Assembly (NCBI RefSeq): GCF_964355755.1
Contig: NC_092676.1
Span: 28,166,871-28,230,870, forward strand
Direction: 5' to 3'
DNA from: Antedon mediterranea
Taxonomy: Eukaryota; Animalia; Echinodermata
Length of the DNA stretch: 64,000 bases
Every line of letters starts with the position of its first letter. Within the stretch, counting starts at the first letter, position 1. The position numbers and the translations under genes were made by a program. Shown in pieces: positions 12,888-24,557 of the stretch. The notes under the pieces were generated by a model that was given only the letters and a program-made list of their open reading frames with translations, made no database searches and was not told the origin of the DNA.

Positions 12888-15297
12888 CTAGTTTACTGGA
12901 GCATATTCGTTATTATCGGGCACGTCTGATGAGCAGCAAGCTATTGTCTTCATATTATTAACTCTGTTTTTATATTGCAAATACCTAAATAAAAAAATAC
13001 CATGATTTTAAATAGTTCAACAAAATGCTTAATAAACAAAGAAGTGTGCTCCTCTTAATAAGTGCATGTGGGATGTCAGTGGATTATGATTACGTCAGTG
13101 GAGTGTAATTAATTGGCATCTCAGTACAATTTTTTTCTAGAATAATCCCACCCAAATTAAATCAAGTGTTCAACATGGAGGAAGAAACCACGATTGCGAA
13201 GACCTACTAATATTTAAAACATTTAACTTACCCAATTGCCAGAAGAGGCAAGGAGCAGGAACCAGCACAAAGCCAGAAGACAAAAGTAGGCATACTGTCT
13301 ACTGTGGCCGAATAAATGTTGTTTAAAATAAGTGGACAGAGAAACATACCGAGGGATTCTGTAAAACCTAGACACCCGTATACTGCACCTACCGGAAAGA
13401 AGAAACGAACAGTTGACATATTTTATTTATGTATTTCATTGCGACCATCCTATTTGTACAAATTTCGTTCCCAGTTCCAATTACGACGCAACGCAAGGAC
13501 GAAAATGCGTCACAACGCAAGAGAAATTACGGATGGTCAAATTACTTGCGGCAAACACTAGGCCTACGTGCGTCCCAGTTCGGGAAATTATTAATACTTA
13601 CCTTGTTCTTCAGCAGACGACATTTTAGATACATATGAGCGGCAAGCAGGAGCGAATATTGACTTGAAAATTCCCACACCAGCTCCTGCAAAACAAATTA
13701 TCAAATTTATATAACAATATTATATCAAAATAAAAAATTAGATAAATAAAGTAATTTCAGAATGGTGCAACAATTGGGTAAATCTTACCAACAAATGCAA
13801 GAGTTGCTGTCTGAGCAAGCGCACTCGCGATAAGGAATGCCATAGATGAAATCACGCTCAGATGAAGGAGACAATAGTCATCCATAAATTGCTTCAAAAT
13901 TAAAGCACTCAATAGCAGACCTAACGATTTAAAAAAAAAAAGAATAGTGTTACATCATAGATAAAAATGTTCATTTAATGTTTTTACGAAATGAAAACCG
14001 TTCCGTGGAACGAAAGAGGTGTGAATGTAACGTAAGAATGATTGAGGTTGTTCAAACAGGTTTTTACCAGTAAGTGCCACAAGCAGAGAATAAGCAAACG
14101 GTAAAAACGTGTTCTTACTACAGTACTATGGCAGTATAGGCCTACAGTTTCTGTGTCACGTAAATGATTTAATATGGAAATTGGGAAAGTTCCAATTAAA
14201 AAATAATGGCCTAGAGACTATATCTGTACTAAAATTTAATAACGCGGAAGTGAACAATGTCGTATTAGAACTTGTCTTTATTTTATTACAAGTAACCAAC
14301 AGCCAAGTTACCAGAGATACTAACCTATTCCCGGTGTGAAGAGCAGTGTAGTTGTATAGTAACCAGACAGCAAATACGAAAAACAAAATGGTTCGTCAAG
14401 AAAATGAATCGTTAATAATGACACAACTGTCGCAGCTATTGAAAACGTAAACACCATAAACATAATAAAGTTCATCAAATAGAACGTAATTCTATACTCT
14501 GAACTTTTGTTTACTGTTATGTTCTTGATTCCTCTCAATGAAGCTACAAGTCTACTTTTGAAACTGCTTGGACTATTGTCGACTACGCGGCCCACTGTTT
14601 CAGGAGGTAAACATGGCAAAGACATGTAAACGATTGCACATATTGATATCGCAGCTGCGACAGCAAAAGCGATGAAATAATTATATTTATCGAGAACATA
14701 CCCAGCAAAAATTTGGGCAATACCAGACGATGATACCAAAACACATTCTCCAATAACAATACGCATAGTCCTGCTTTTATGCGAGGTAACATCGGAAATA
14801 TATGTGAAACATGAAGCAATAAAAAGCGCGGAACCTCCCGTAAGGCCTTGAAGAAACATTGCCCCAATGAGGTACTCTAAAGGTAGATCAAAGAACACAG
14901 TAGCTATCCACACACATAGGGTCTGAAGTTGGCCAAATGATGGAAGCAGAATAGCAAATCGTCTGCTGCCAACGGAGTCGCTCAGAGCTCCGATGATAAC
15001 AGTCATAAACAGGGATGGCAACATATTGGAGACCGTAAAATACATCAACCATCTTGATGATTCAGCCTGGATCTCCTGCTGTAAAATGTACTCTTCGCTT
15101 GATTTATTCGTCAAACAAGTTCCATTGTCAGCGTTATTCGGAAGAGTGTAATTGTGGATTCTAGCAACCCATGCCTGGATATATTCCGACTGTAGACCTA
15201 TAATAAAACCTTGTGCTAAGAAATAACATGATATTGCGGGTTCGACGGTTAGTAATCGTCCACTGGATGGGGCGTTTAGGGGTTGGTAGTCGACCAT
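12888..15297 (-). CDS. SLC46: SLC46-family MFS transporter, copy C, ~480 aa
   Basis: Exons 15297-14325, 13920-13789, 13685-13602, 13388-13232 and 12984-12888 (1443 nt, in frame). It has the same 132/84/157 exon structure, ends ...DVPDNNEYAPVN*, and is convergent with copy B. Confidence 0.92.
13466..13585. mobile_element. MITE family 2 remnant in SLC46-C intron 3
   Basis: GTTCCCA...ACGCAACGCAAGGACG...TGCGTCCCAGTTCGGGAA resembles family 2. It is not present in the matching intron of D. Confidence 0.55.
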
Positions 15298-16237
15298 TCC
15301 CTGATCTTTATCTCAACACTTCATAAACGCTTATTCAATCAAAAAGTCAGCAATATTGATAACAGGCTTCTTTCTCTACATTCGGAAAACTAAACTATCG
15401 ATTAGCCTACAGTCGCTATACAGCTGCAGTAGTCTTGTGATTAATATCGTCATAATACATTTCTCCGATCCGCATGACTGAATATGATATGGTTCCGGTA
15501 CGTACACACAACAATCAAATAAGTACGATAATACGAAATTTACTGTAATTCTATGGAGGTCATATATTAGTCATAGGTCAGTATTTTCTTAAATAAAATC
15601 ATTAAAAGCTAAGTTAGTTTTGTATCTGCTCATACAGTTTGTGCGTCTGTCTTTGACCAAATACGATCAACCGAATGGTGATTGGTCAACTCTACTTGCA
15701 TTATTTGCAAGTGCATGACTTATAAATCATAAATATATATTTTCTAACATAAAAATGCCTATCAATGTCTATAAATTAAGAGATTAAATCAATAATTATA
15801 TTCTGTGTAACATTTTTATTTAGTTTCGTTGTAGTATTGAAACAAATTAATTAAGCATATTAATGATCTTTTAGACTTTCCTTCTTTCGTTAGTTCGTAC
15901 TTAATGGGGTATTCATTCATTCAATCTTTTTTTTTCGGAAACTCTGGTCCGTAGAAAGTAAAAAATTACATATAATTAAAAACGTACAATCGTCTTTAAA
16001 AATGCCTAGATTTGGTTTTGTTGGTGAAAAAGTGTTCTAGAGAGTTTGTAGAATGAATTTCCAACACCAAACATACAAATCATAACATTAACGACATTCG
16101 TTCTTCCTATTTCTATGGCCTTTTAACCCATATGCTTTTTCTAATGGCGAAAAACAGGAAAACTTCGATCGGTGTAAAACTGTAAGTCTTGAGTAAGCAA
16201 ATGTATGCGGTAACTAATACCGATAGTTTTTTATTTT

Positions 16238-16780
16238 CTAATCCTTCATTGTCTGTTCTCTGTTATCAACTTTCCGACATCTGAAATCCAAAATTAAAAC
16301 TAAGATGAAAACAGCAACCAAGAAACTTCCCACCGTGATTGCAAGGATGTCTTTCCAGTGGTCATCTACCTGAAAGCAATTATTTGAAATTAAAAGGCGG
16401 CGTACAAGAGAGTTATCTTGTGCGTGTACATACGCGCGCGTCAAGTGACGCTGCTGACGACATGAATAATAATTGTTTAGTATGAAAGAATGAATAATTG
16501 TAACTTCTAATTTAATACATAGAGCCTAATAGTAAAAAAAATAAAATTTTAAAAATACAAATACTGTTTGAGAATGATTAATTAACAAGCCTAAATCTTT
16601 AAAAAAATAAAAATGTAGTACGTTCGGGGTCTCTGTCGTTGAATCTGTATATATATTGTTACTCGTTGGTGTATAGCTAGTTGTTGCAGCCATAACATCC
16701 GCATCCGATGTATCACCAACACAACATACGGCTAGCATGCTTAGTGTGAAAAGCAGCAGCAATGGTTTAACAACAGTCAT
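16238..16780 (-). CDS. Small type-I single-pass membrane protein (96 aa), unknown family
   Basis: Exon 16780-16622 encodes MTVVKPLLLLFTLSMLAVCCVG (signal peptide) plus the S/T-rich stalk DTSDADVMAATTSYTPTSNNIYTDSTTETPN. Exon 16369-16238 encodes VDDHWKD, the TM segment ILAITVGSFLVAVFILVLIL and the tail DFRCRKVDNREQTMKD*. The intron is phase-0 GT-AG with a strong acceptor (TTTCAG) and a weak donor (GTACTA). AATAAA follows the stop directly. Confidence 0.75.
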
Positions 16781-18088
16781 TGTACCGAATAGTCTTGTAC
16801 AGTATACTAAAAACTTGCGCCGATTTGACAAACAAAAAATCAGTTATTCATATCCACCATATAGAGCAAAACACACGATCACATTATGAGCGAACTGATG
16901 AACACGCGGTCCTTTGGGATTCTTGAACTTGGAGCACTATTTATTCAAAACTAATAAATATTACCGGATACGTAGAGCACATTAATAAATATTAGTATCA
17001 ATATTGAATGGCTGTAGCTGTGCAGCTTATTTCTCCATGGTTGTAATAATTATGTCTATGTTACGTGGTAACAGGGGATTTTGAATCGACTTTAATCAGT
17101 GGACTTTAACCATACATATCCAACTCAAGATTCGCAAGATTATTTATCAAGTTTATGACCTGTAAATACAAATATTCTGCCACGATGATTGGCTGCTGTA
17201 ACGATGTGCTGACGCGTGGTGACCAGTGAAGTACGTGTGCGTGCGCGTTGCATGTGTCTACAATTATTATTAGTAGGCCTGCCGGCGGCATGAGTCGTAT
17301 TTTGGCAACTTTTAATAGCTCCGGATATCACACTTATCATTTCGAATACAATAAGCTGTTATCAGTGGTTTTAAGATAAACACGATAACAGGGGCACGAA
17401 ACAACTTCGGGGAACCCCAAATCAATCTTTAATACTCAATTACAATTGTTACATTAGTAATAGAGGAAACTTTGAACCCAGTAAAAATGTCTTTTTCAAG
17501 TCGTTGAGATAATAGTAATATTTAAAATAATACACATAAATATTCATGTATATAAGCGGTATATATTACAATATGTAAGTAAATTTTGTAAAACAAATAT
17601 TAAATTAGTTCAACTTAGATTTACTTCCCCACCCATTTAAATTCAATCAACCGCTACACTCGTTTTTGCGACACAAGTAATTGACCAATCACAAGTGATA
17701 GATAATCCGCCGCTTACGATTGGTTAAATGTTACACTGTAGTTGCGTGTACGTTCTTACAACAAAACTGTTAAAAAATTGGCAAATAAGTTGATGAAAAC
17801 CGCACACTTTGCGTTAGTCTGCGTATGTATTCCTCCAAGTACCAATTTGATATTTCAGTAAGTTTGTTGAATATCGCACACTCAGTTGTTTAGTCTGCGA
17901 GCATATCCAACTTACTCCCTCTATAACTGTTATTACGTCATACCTTTCTCTTCATGTGTAAGGCCAAGTACATCTCAGAGCCATTTGTGTAAAATAATAA
18001 CGTACTCTATATCTTGGAAATCGCTAATCACAAATACTTATTTATAGTGTCAACATCTTTAGAATATTTCTTTTTATATTCACTTTAA

Positions 18089-18617
18089 AGATGTATTGTC
18101 CCTTGAAACACAAAAAAATGAAGGTCAAAATATTCTAAATTTAAATTGGCCATATCAAAGTAATATTAAGTTATTCACTTTAAGTCGAAAATTCGAGCAA
18201 AAAACAACAATTTACGTATTTAACAGGTAAATTAATTTGATTACATTTTGTCTGGAAAATCGCCGCGAGCGAAAGTAAACAAAGATTTCAAACAACAAGT
18301 ATGCATTATGCATGATGCTAATTAGGATTGTTTACAACTCGTCACGGTTGAGAAGGTGTTTTCACACAGATCGCGAGGAAGTTTTATGATTATGCATACA
18401 AAGTAGCCAAACAAGCGCGTTGCATTATAAGATATGTTTTGACTGGAAGTCAAAGTTTTTTTTGAACAGAAAAACGTCTGTATTTCAGTTAAATGATTTT
18501 TTTTGGGTTAATTTTTGGTGAAAGTTAATTACTATTATGATACTTCAAAATGACCCACCTTTTTTCGAAATATTTTATGTTTATTTTTTTTGAACTAGTC
18601 AAAGGGACAATACATCT
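18089..18617. mobile_element. Non-autonomous Kolobok-like DNA transposon (529 bp)
   Basis: Perfect 16-bp TIR AGATGTATTGTCCCTT/AAGGGACAATACATCT with TTAA on both sides (18085-18088, 18618-18621). AG...CT termini plus TTAA fit Kolobok. Confidence 0.85.
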
Positions 18618-18621
18618 TTAA

Positions 18622-19140
18622 TGTTTGTCCAAAAATGAATGGAAGTGCTAATTCTAACATTATTGACCTTTGACCTTGATTTATCAGATCTCGGCAACCA
18701 CTAATCGGAGAGATACAAATTAGGGCTCAAATTGTTCAGAAAATACACATTTATATCCAGTCTAATGGCAAGTTTTTGGCAGAAAATGGCAGATTCTAAC
18801 ATTATTGACCTTTGACCTTGATTTATCATTGCAACCACTAATTGTATTGAGACACAAAATATTTCGATTAAATAAAATAAAATAAAAAATTATTGACCTT
18901 TGAAATTTACGTTACATAAAATCGTATAACTTTGAAAATATTGTACATATGAAATTATTTTTAGTGTCAAATTGTTCAAAACATACATTTTTCTAGAGTC
19001 TAATGACACATTTTGTCCAATAATGGCATGTTGTATGGTTATGAAACTTTGAACTATAATTTAAAAAGTTTCAAACCCAACATCTTCTTCATGTAGACAT
19101 CCACTAGAATATGTGATTTGGCACTCTAAAGTTTAAAAGC
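18622..19140. repeat. Degenerate ~140-bp tandem repeat containing TGACCTTTGACCT
   Basis: ATTCTAACATTATTGACCTTTGACCTTGATTTATCA...GCAACCACTAAT and TCAAATTGTTCA...ACATTT...AGTCTAATG blocks are repeated 2-3 times. Confidence 0.65.
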
Positions 19141-19233
19141 GTTTACAAAATTATTACCTTTTTCCTAAAATAATCACACACTTAAATGAGGTAAGCTCTA
19201 AACTGTTTAAACTTATTAAACAAATAAATGCAA

Positions 19234-21520
19234 CTAATTTATTGGAGCACATTCGTTAATACCGGGCACGTTACGTTCTGATGAGCAACAAGCTATTGTC
19301 TTCACATTCTTAACTCTGCTTTTATATTGCAAATACCTGAATAAAAAAATAACATCGTTAAACAGCTTAATAAACACTGGAAGTGTGCTTGTCTGAATAA
19401 GTGCATGTGGGATGTCACTGGATTACGTCAGTGGAGTATAATAATAATAAGCATCTCTGTCATTTTTTTCTAGAATAATCACGCCCAAATTAAATCAAGT
19501 TTTCACCATGGATGAAGAAACCGCGATCGCGTAGGCCTACCAATATTTAAAACATTTAACTTACCCAATTGCCAGAAGAGGCAAGGAGCAGGAACCAGCA
19601 CAAAGCCAGAAGACAAAAGTAGGCATACTGTCCACTGTGGCCGAATAAATGTTGTTTAAAATAAGTGAACAGAGAAACATACCGAGGGATTCTGTAAAAC
19701 CTAGACACCCGTATACTGCACCTAACGGAAAGAACAAATTAACAGTTCTGATCATATCAGGGAAGAGTTAAATAAGTTCACTCTTCCTTGGTTATTTATG
19801 TTTTTAATTGCGACCATTCTATTGTGTACACACAACAGTTTCATTGCGTAGGTTTTATAATTATTTATAAATACAAATGTATAATTATATTGTGTGAAAT
19901 AAAACTGAAACTGAAACATTTCTGGAAAATATTAATACTTACCTTGTTCTTCAGCAGACGACATTTTAGATGCAAATGAGCGGCAAGCAGGAGCGAATAT
20001 TGCCTTGAAAATCCCAAGACCAGCTCCTGCAGTCAAAACAAAATATCAAATGTTTGATATAACATTACAATATCAAAATGTATACAATAAATAGTCTTTT
20101 CAAACAACACAGACAAGTGCAACAATTGAGTAAATCTTACCAACAAATGCAAGAGTTGCCGTCTGAGCAAGCGCACTCGCGATAAGGAATGCCATACATG
20201 ACATCACACCAAGATGAAGGAGACAATAGTCATCCATAAATCGCTTCAATATCAAAGCACTCAACAGCAGACCTAAACAATTAACAAATGAATAAATAGG
20301 AGATGTATTATAAGATAAAAATAAAATAAAACATAAAAAATATAGGCATATTGAATGTGCATACGGTAGAAAAGTGTTCTCACTACTTCAGATAAACGAT
20401 TTAACGTGGAAATTGAGAAAGTTCTAATTAAAAAACAATGACCTAGAGACTATAAGTAACATATAACAACGTATTTCAAAAGTGAACTTTGCGGTATTAG
20501 ACCTTTTCTATGATTTTATTTTATTATAAAATTAGTTTTAGGAACCAAAAGATACTAACCTATCCCAGGTGTGAAGATTAGTGTAGTTGTGTAGTAACCA
20601 GACAGCAAGTACGAAAAACAAAATGGTTCATCAAGAAAATGAATTGGTAATAGTAACGCCCCTGTCGCAGATATTGAAAACGTAAACACCATAAACATAA
20701 TAAGATAGAATGCGATTCTATACTGTGAACTTGTGTTTACTGTTATGTTCTTGATTCCTCGCAATGAAGCTACAAGTCTACTTTTGAAACTTCTTGGACT
20801 ATTGTCGACTACGCGGTCCACTGTTTCAGGCGACAAACATGGCAAAGACATGTAAATGATTGCAGCTAATGATATCGCAGCTGCGACAGCAAAAGCGATG
20901 ACAAAATTATATTTATCGAGAACATACCCAGCAAAAATTTGGGCAATACCAGATGATGACATCAAAACACATTCTCCAATAACAATACGCAAAGTCCTGC
21001 TTTTATGCGAGGTAACATCGGAAATATATGTGAAACATGAAGCGATAAAAAGCCCGGGACCTCCCGTTAGCCCTTGAAGAAACATTGCCCCAATGAGGTA
21101 CTCTAAAGGTAGATCAAACAACACGGTAGCGATCCACATACATAGAGTCTGAAGTTGGCCAAATAATGGAAGCAGTATAGAAAATCGTCTGCCAACGGAG
21201 TCGCTCAGAGCCCCGATGATAACAATCATAAACAGGGATGGCAACAGATTGGCGACCGTACAATACATCAACCATCTTGATGATTCAGCCTGGATCTCCT
21301 GCTGTAAAATGTACTCCTCACTTGATTTATTCGTCAAACAAGTTCCATTGCCAGCGTTATTCGGAAGAGTGTAATTGTGGATTCTAGCAACCCTTGCCTG
21401 GATATATTCCGACTGTAGACCTATAATAAAACCTAGTGCTAAGAAATAACATGATATTGCAGGTTCGACGGTTACTAATCGTCCACTGGATGGGGCGTTT
21501 AGGGGTTGGTAGTCGACCAT
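19234..21520 (-). CDS. SLC46: SLC46-family MFS transporter, copy D, ~478 aa
   Basis: Exons 21520-20560, 20272-20141, 20026-19943, 19721-19565 and 19336-19234 (1437 nt, in frame). It is a close paralog of C with GALSDSVGRR. An upstream in-frame ATG at 21556 would add 12 aa. Confidence 0.92.
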
Positions 21521-22189
21521 TCCTTGATCTTTATCAGAACAGACTTTTCTCTGCATTTGAAGACCTAAACCATCGATTACCCTTCAGTCGTCTGTACATA
21601 GCACAGGTAGCAGTCTTGTGATTATCGTTATAACTCCAATACGCATGTCCGAATATGATAAAGCTAGTTTTGTATCTGCTCATACAGTTTGTGTCTATCT
21701 TTGACCAAATACGATCAACCGAATTGTGATTGGTCAACTCACTTACATTTTTGCAAGTGCATCATTTCTAAATCCTAAATATACATTTTCTAAACATAAA
21801 AATGTCTAAATAAATATATTACGTTATACTGTACACTTTTTTTAGTTTCGATATAGCACTGAAACAAAATTAAGCATATTAATGATCTTTTAATCTTTCC
21901 TTTCGTTTGTTCCTATACTTATATGGTATTGAAAACGATACTGTAGTGTAGTGTTGCATTTTAGTTGGTGAAAATGTGTTTCAGAGTCAGTAGAATTAAT
22001 TCCAACACCAAACATGGAAATCATAACACATTAACTACATTTCGTTCTTCTTGTTTTTTTTTTTCACACAACATATTGCAAAATACTGTATATACATTTA
22101 TACTTCGAGATAAAACAAACAATAAATAATGGTGATGACTGAAATAAGCAAGTAGAAAAAACAATACAAGATATGCACTTTAAATATTA

Positions 22190-22566
22190 GTTCTTCTAAG
22201 GATTTCTTTCTAGTGGCCATCTACCTGGAAGCAATCAGTAGAAAATAATTAAAAGGCGGCGTACAAAAGAGTGATTATCTTGTGCGTGTACACACACGCG
22301 CGTAAAGTAACGTAAAGTAATTGCTAATTGTCGTGAATATCATCTTAAATATTTAATTGTGTAGTATGAAAGAAATTAACAATAGGTTTTAACAAATACA
22401 AAGAGAATTTAATAATTAGGCGGCCTAAGTCTAAGTAAAAAAAATCAAAATTTAGTACTTTCAGGGTCTCTGACAAATCTGTATATATTGTTACTCGTTG
22501 CTCCTGTGTAATAGATAGTTGTTGCTCTGAAGCCATAACATCCGCATCCGATGTATCAACACCACA
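22190..22566 (-). pseudogene. Disrupted duplicate of the 96-aa membrane microprotein gene
   Basis: Aligns to 16345-16722 (GATACATCGGATGCGGATGTTATGGCT; CAG|GTAGATGGCCACTAG). The start codon and signal peptide are deleted, TGG has become TAG in exon 2, and the TM-coding part is missing. Confidence 0.78.
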
Positions 22567-23341
22567 ACTATTAGTATAAATAGTGGATGGTGTAAAATGC
22601 AGCTTATTTCTCCATTGTTGTAATATGTATATGTTACGTGGTGGTGGTAACAGGGGATTTTGAATCGGTCAGTGGACTGATACATATCCACCTTAACTCG
22701 CAAGATTGTAGTTATCAAGTTTATGACATGTAAATAAAATATCCTGCCACAACGGTTGGCTGTAACGATGTACTGACGCGTGGTGACCAGTGAAGTGCGC
22801 GTGCGCGTTGCTTGTGTCTGCAACGCACCAGTAAGCCTACCACCATCATGCGTCGTATTTTGGCAACTTTTAATAACTCCGGATAATAATATCACACTTA
22901 TCATTGCTGGTATCAGTGGTTTAAAGATAAACACGATAATAGGGGCACGAGAAAGCTTTGGGCAATCCCAAATAAATCGTTACAATTTGATACAGCAGTA
23001 ATTGAAAAAACTTTGAACCTGGTAAAATGTCTTTTTCAATTAAAAAAAAAAAGGAAGACGTTGAGATAATGTATAGTTTATTTTAAATAATATACATAAA
23101 TATAAATGTATACGAACGGTATATATTACAACATATAAGTAAATTTTATAAAACAAATATTAAATTATTTCAACTTAGATTTACCTTCCCACCCTTCCTC
23201 CACAATTCAATAATCAACCACACTCTTTTTGCAACACAAGTAATTGACCAATCACAAGCGATAGATAATCGGCCGATTACGATTGGTTAAAAGTTATCGG
23301 AGTTGCGTGTACGTTCTAGTGTGGACAAATGCTTAGTATTA

Positions 23342-23412
23342 AGCTCTGTCTATAGTATCAAACTTTATGTGACAAACAAATGTGATGATAGTTTGATAGT
23401 GTAGACAGAGCT
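23342..23412. mobile_element. MITE family 1, internally deleted copy
   Basis: Both TIRs are retained (AGCTCTGTCTA...TAGACAGAGCT) and the core is deleted. Confidence 0.8.
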
Positions 23413-24557
23413 TAAAACCGTGTATATTACGTCCATCCTCTCTTATACTTCTCTCTTGACCAAATATAATTTAGCTTAATGTTATACTATATAACATTAT
23501 ACAACTGGAATACAAAAATAATAAAGCCTCAACATTTATATTGAAAGACTTTGCAGAAATGTATACATTTAAACAGTATTAAAATTACTATACTAAATAT
23601 ATATATGTGTTTAAAAAATGTTAGTTTACAGTGAGTTGTATATAAAATAAAGATTTATATATGAGAAGGAATAATTTACACTATATAATATGAGAACACA
23701 TAAATATCTATAATAATATAATAAAATACAAGAATTTTAATTGTGCTTGAAAGATGAAAAAATAGAATTAAATTGTATTTCCGAATAAAAATAGAGTGAA
23801 AAAGATACAAATGAATATAAAAAAGAAAAAAGTTTGAATTCAAAAGCTAGGTTTGTGCAGCACGAATTGGCAATAAAACTTTTTACTGCAATATGTATAC
23901 AATATATTATGTTTTCATGCATACAATTTCCAAAAAAGTCTGCATTTGTTCCATTTAACATACTGTACTGATATAACTAGTACGGTTTCACAAAGCCAAT
24001 CCATACCATGTTTTATACCAAACATTCTCCCATTATTCGAGGAGGGCGGTGTATATTTCGCAGATCTGCATATTATGAAGATTGACCAATCGGATTGCTC
24101 CATTTTATAAAGTTTACCGATAACCTTTTCTTGCCTTGATTTGTATGGCTTACAAGATTGATACGAAATTAATTGAATAAAACCGCAATATACGTTTTGA
24201 CTATTTCATTATAAATAATTGATTTGCTCATCTACCAATACACATACTGTATGTTATGTGAAGATCAATAACAAAACTGCTCATTGTAGTTTTCAATAAA
24301 ACAAAAAATTTGGCAAATAGGTTGTTGAAAACCGCACACTTTGCGTTAGTCTGCGTACCAAGTACCAATTTGATATTTCAGTAAGTTTGTTGAATATCGC
24401 ACACTCGTCGTTTAGTCTGCGAGCATATCCAAATTACTCCCTCTATTACTGTTATTACGTCATACCTCTCTCTTCATGTGTAGGGCCAAGTACATCTCAC
24501 CATATGTGTAACATAGGTCATACTGTTATTATACTGGGTTGTTACTTATCTATAGAG

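Larger units (their letters stand above)
12790..24510. repeat. Tandem segmental duplication: ~12790-17990 vs ~19150-24510
   Basis: Colinear similarity covers SLC46-C/D exons, introns, upstream CCAAT region, microprotein locus and non-coding blocks (17020-17760 vs 22600-23320; 17775-17990 vs 24305-24510). Boundaries are approximate. Confidence 0.9.

Noticed and set aside
22491-22934. 147-aa ORF upstream of SLC46-D
   Set aside because: The duplicate region (17020-17380) is broken by frameshifts, there is no recognisable domain, and the ORF crosses the deletion junction.
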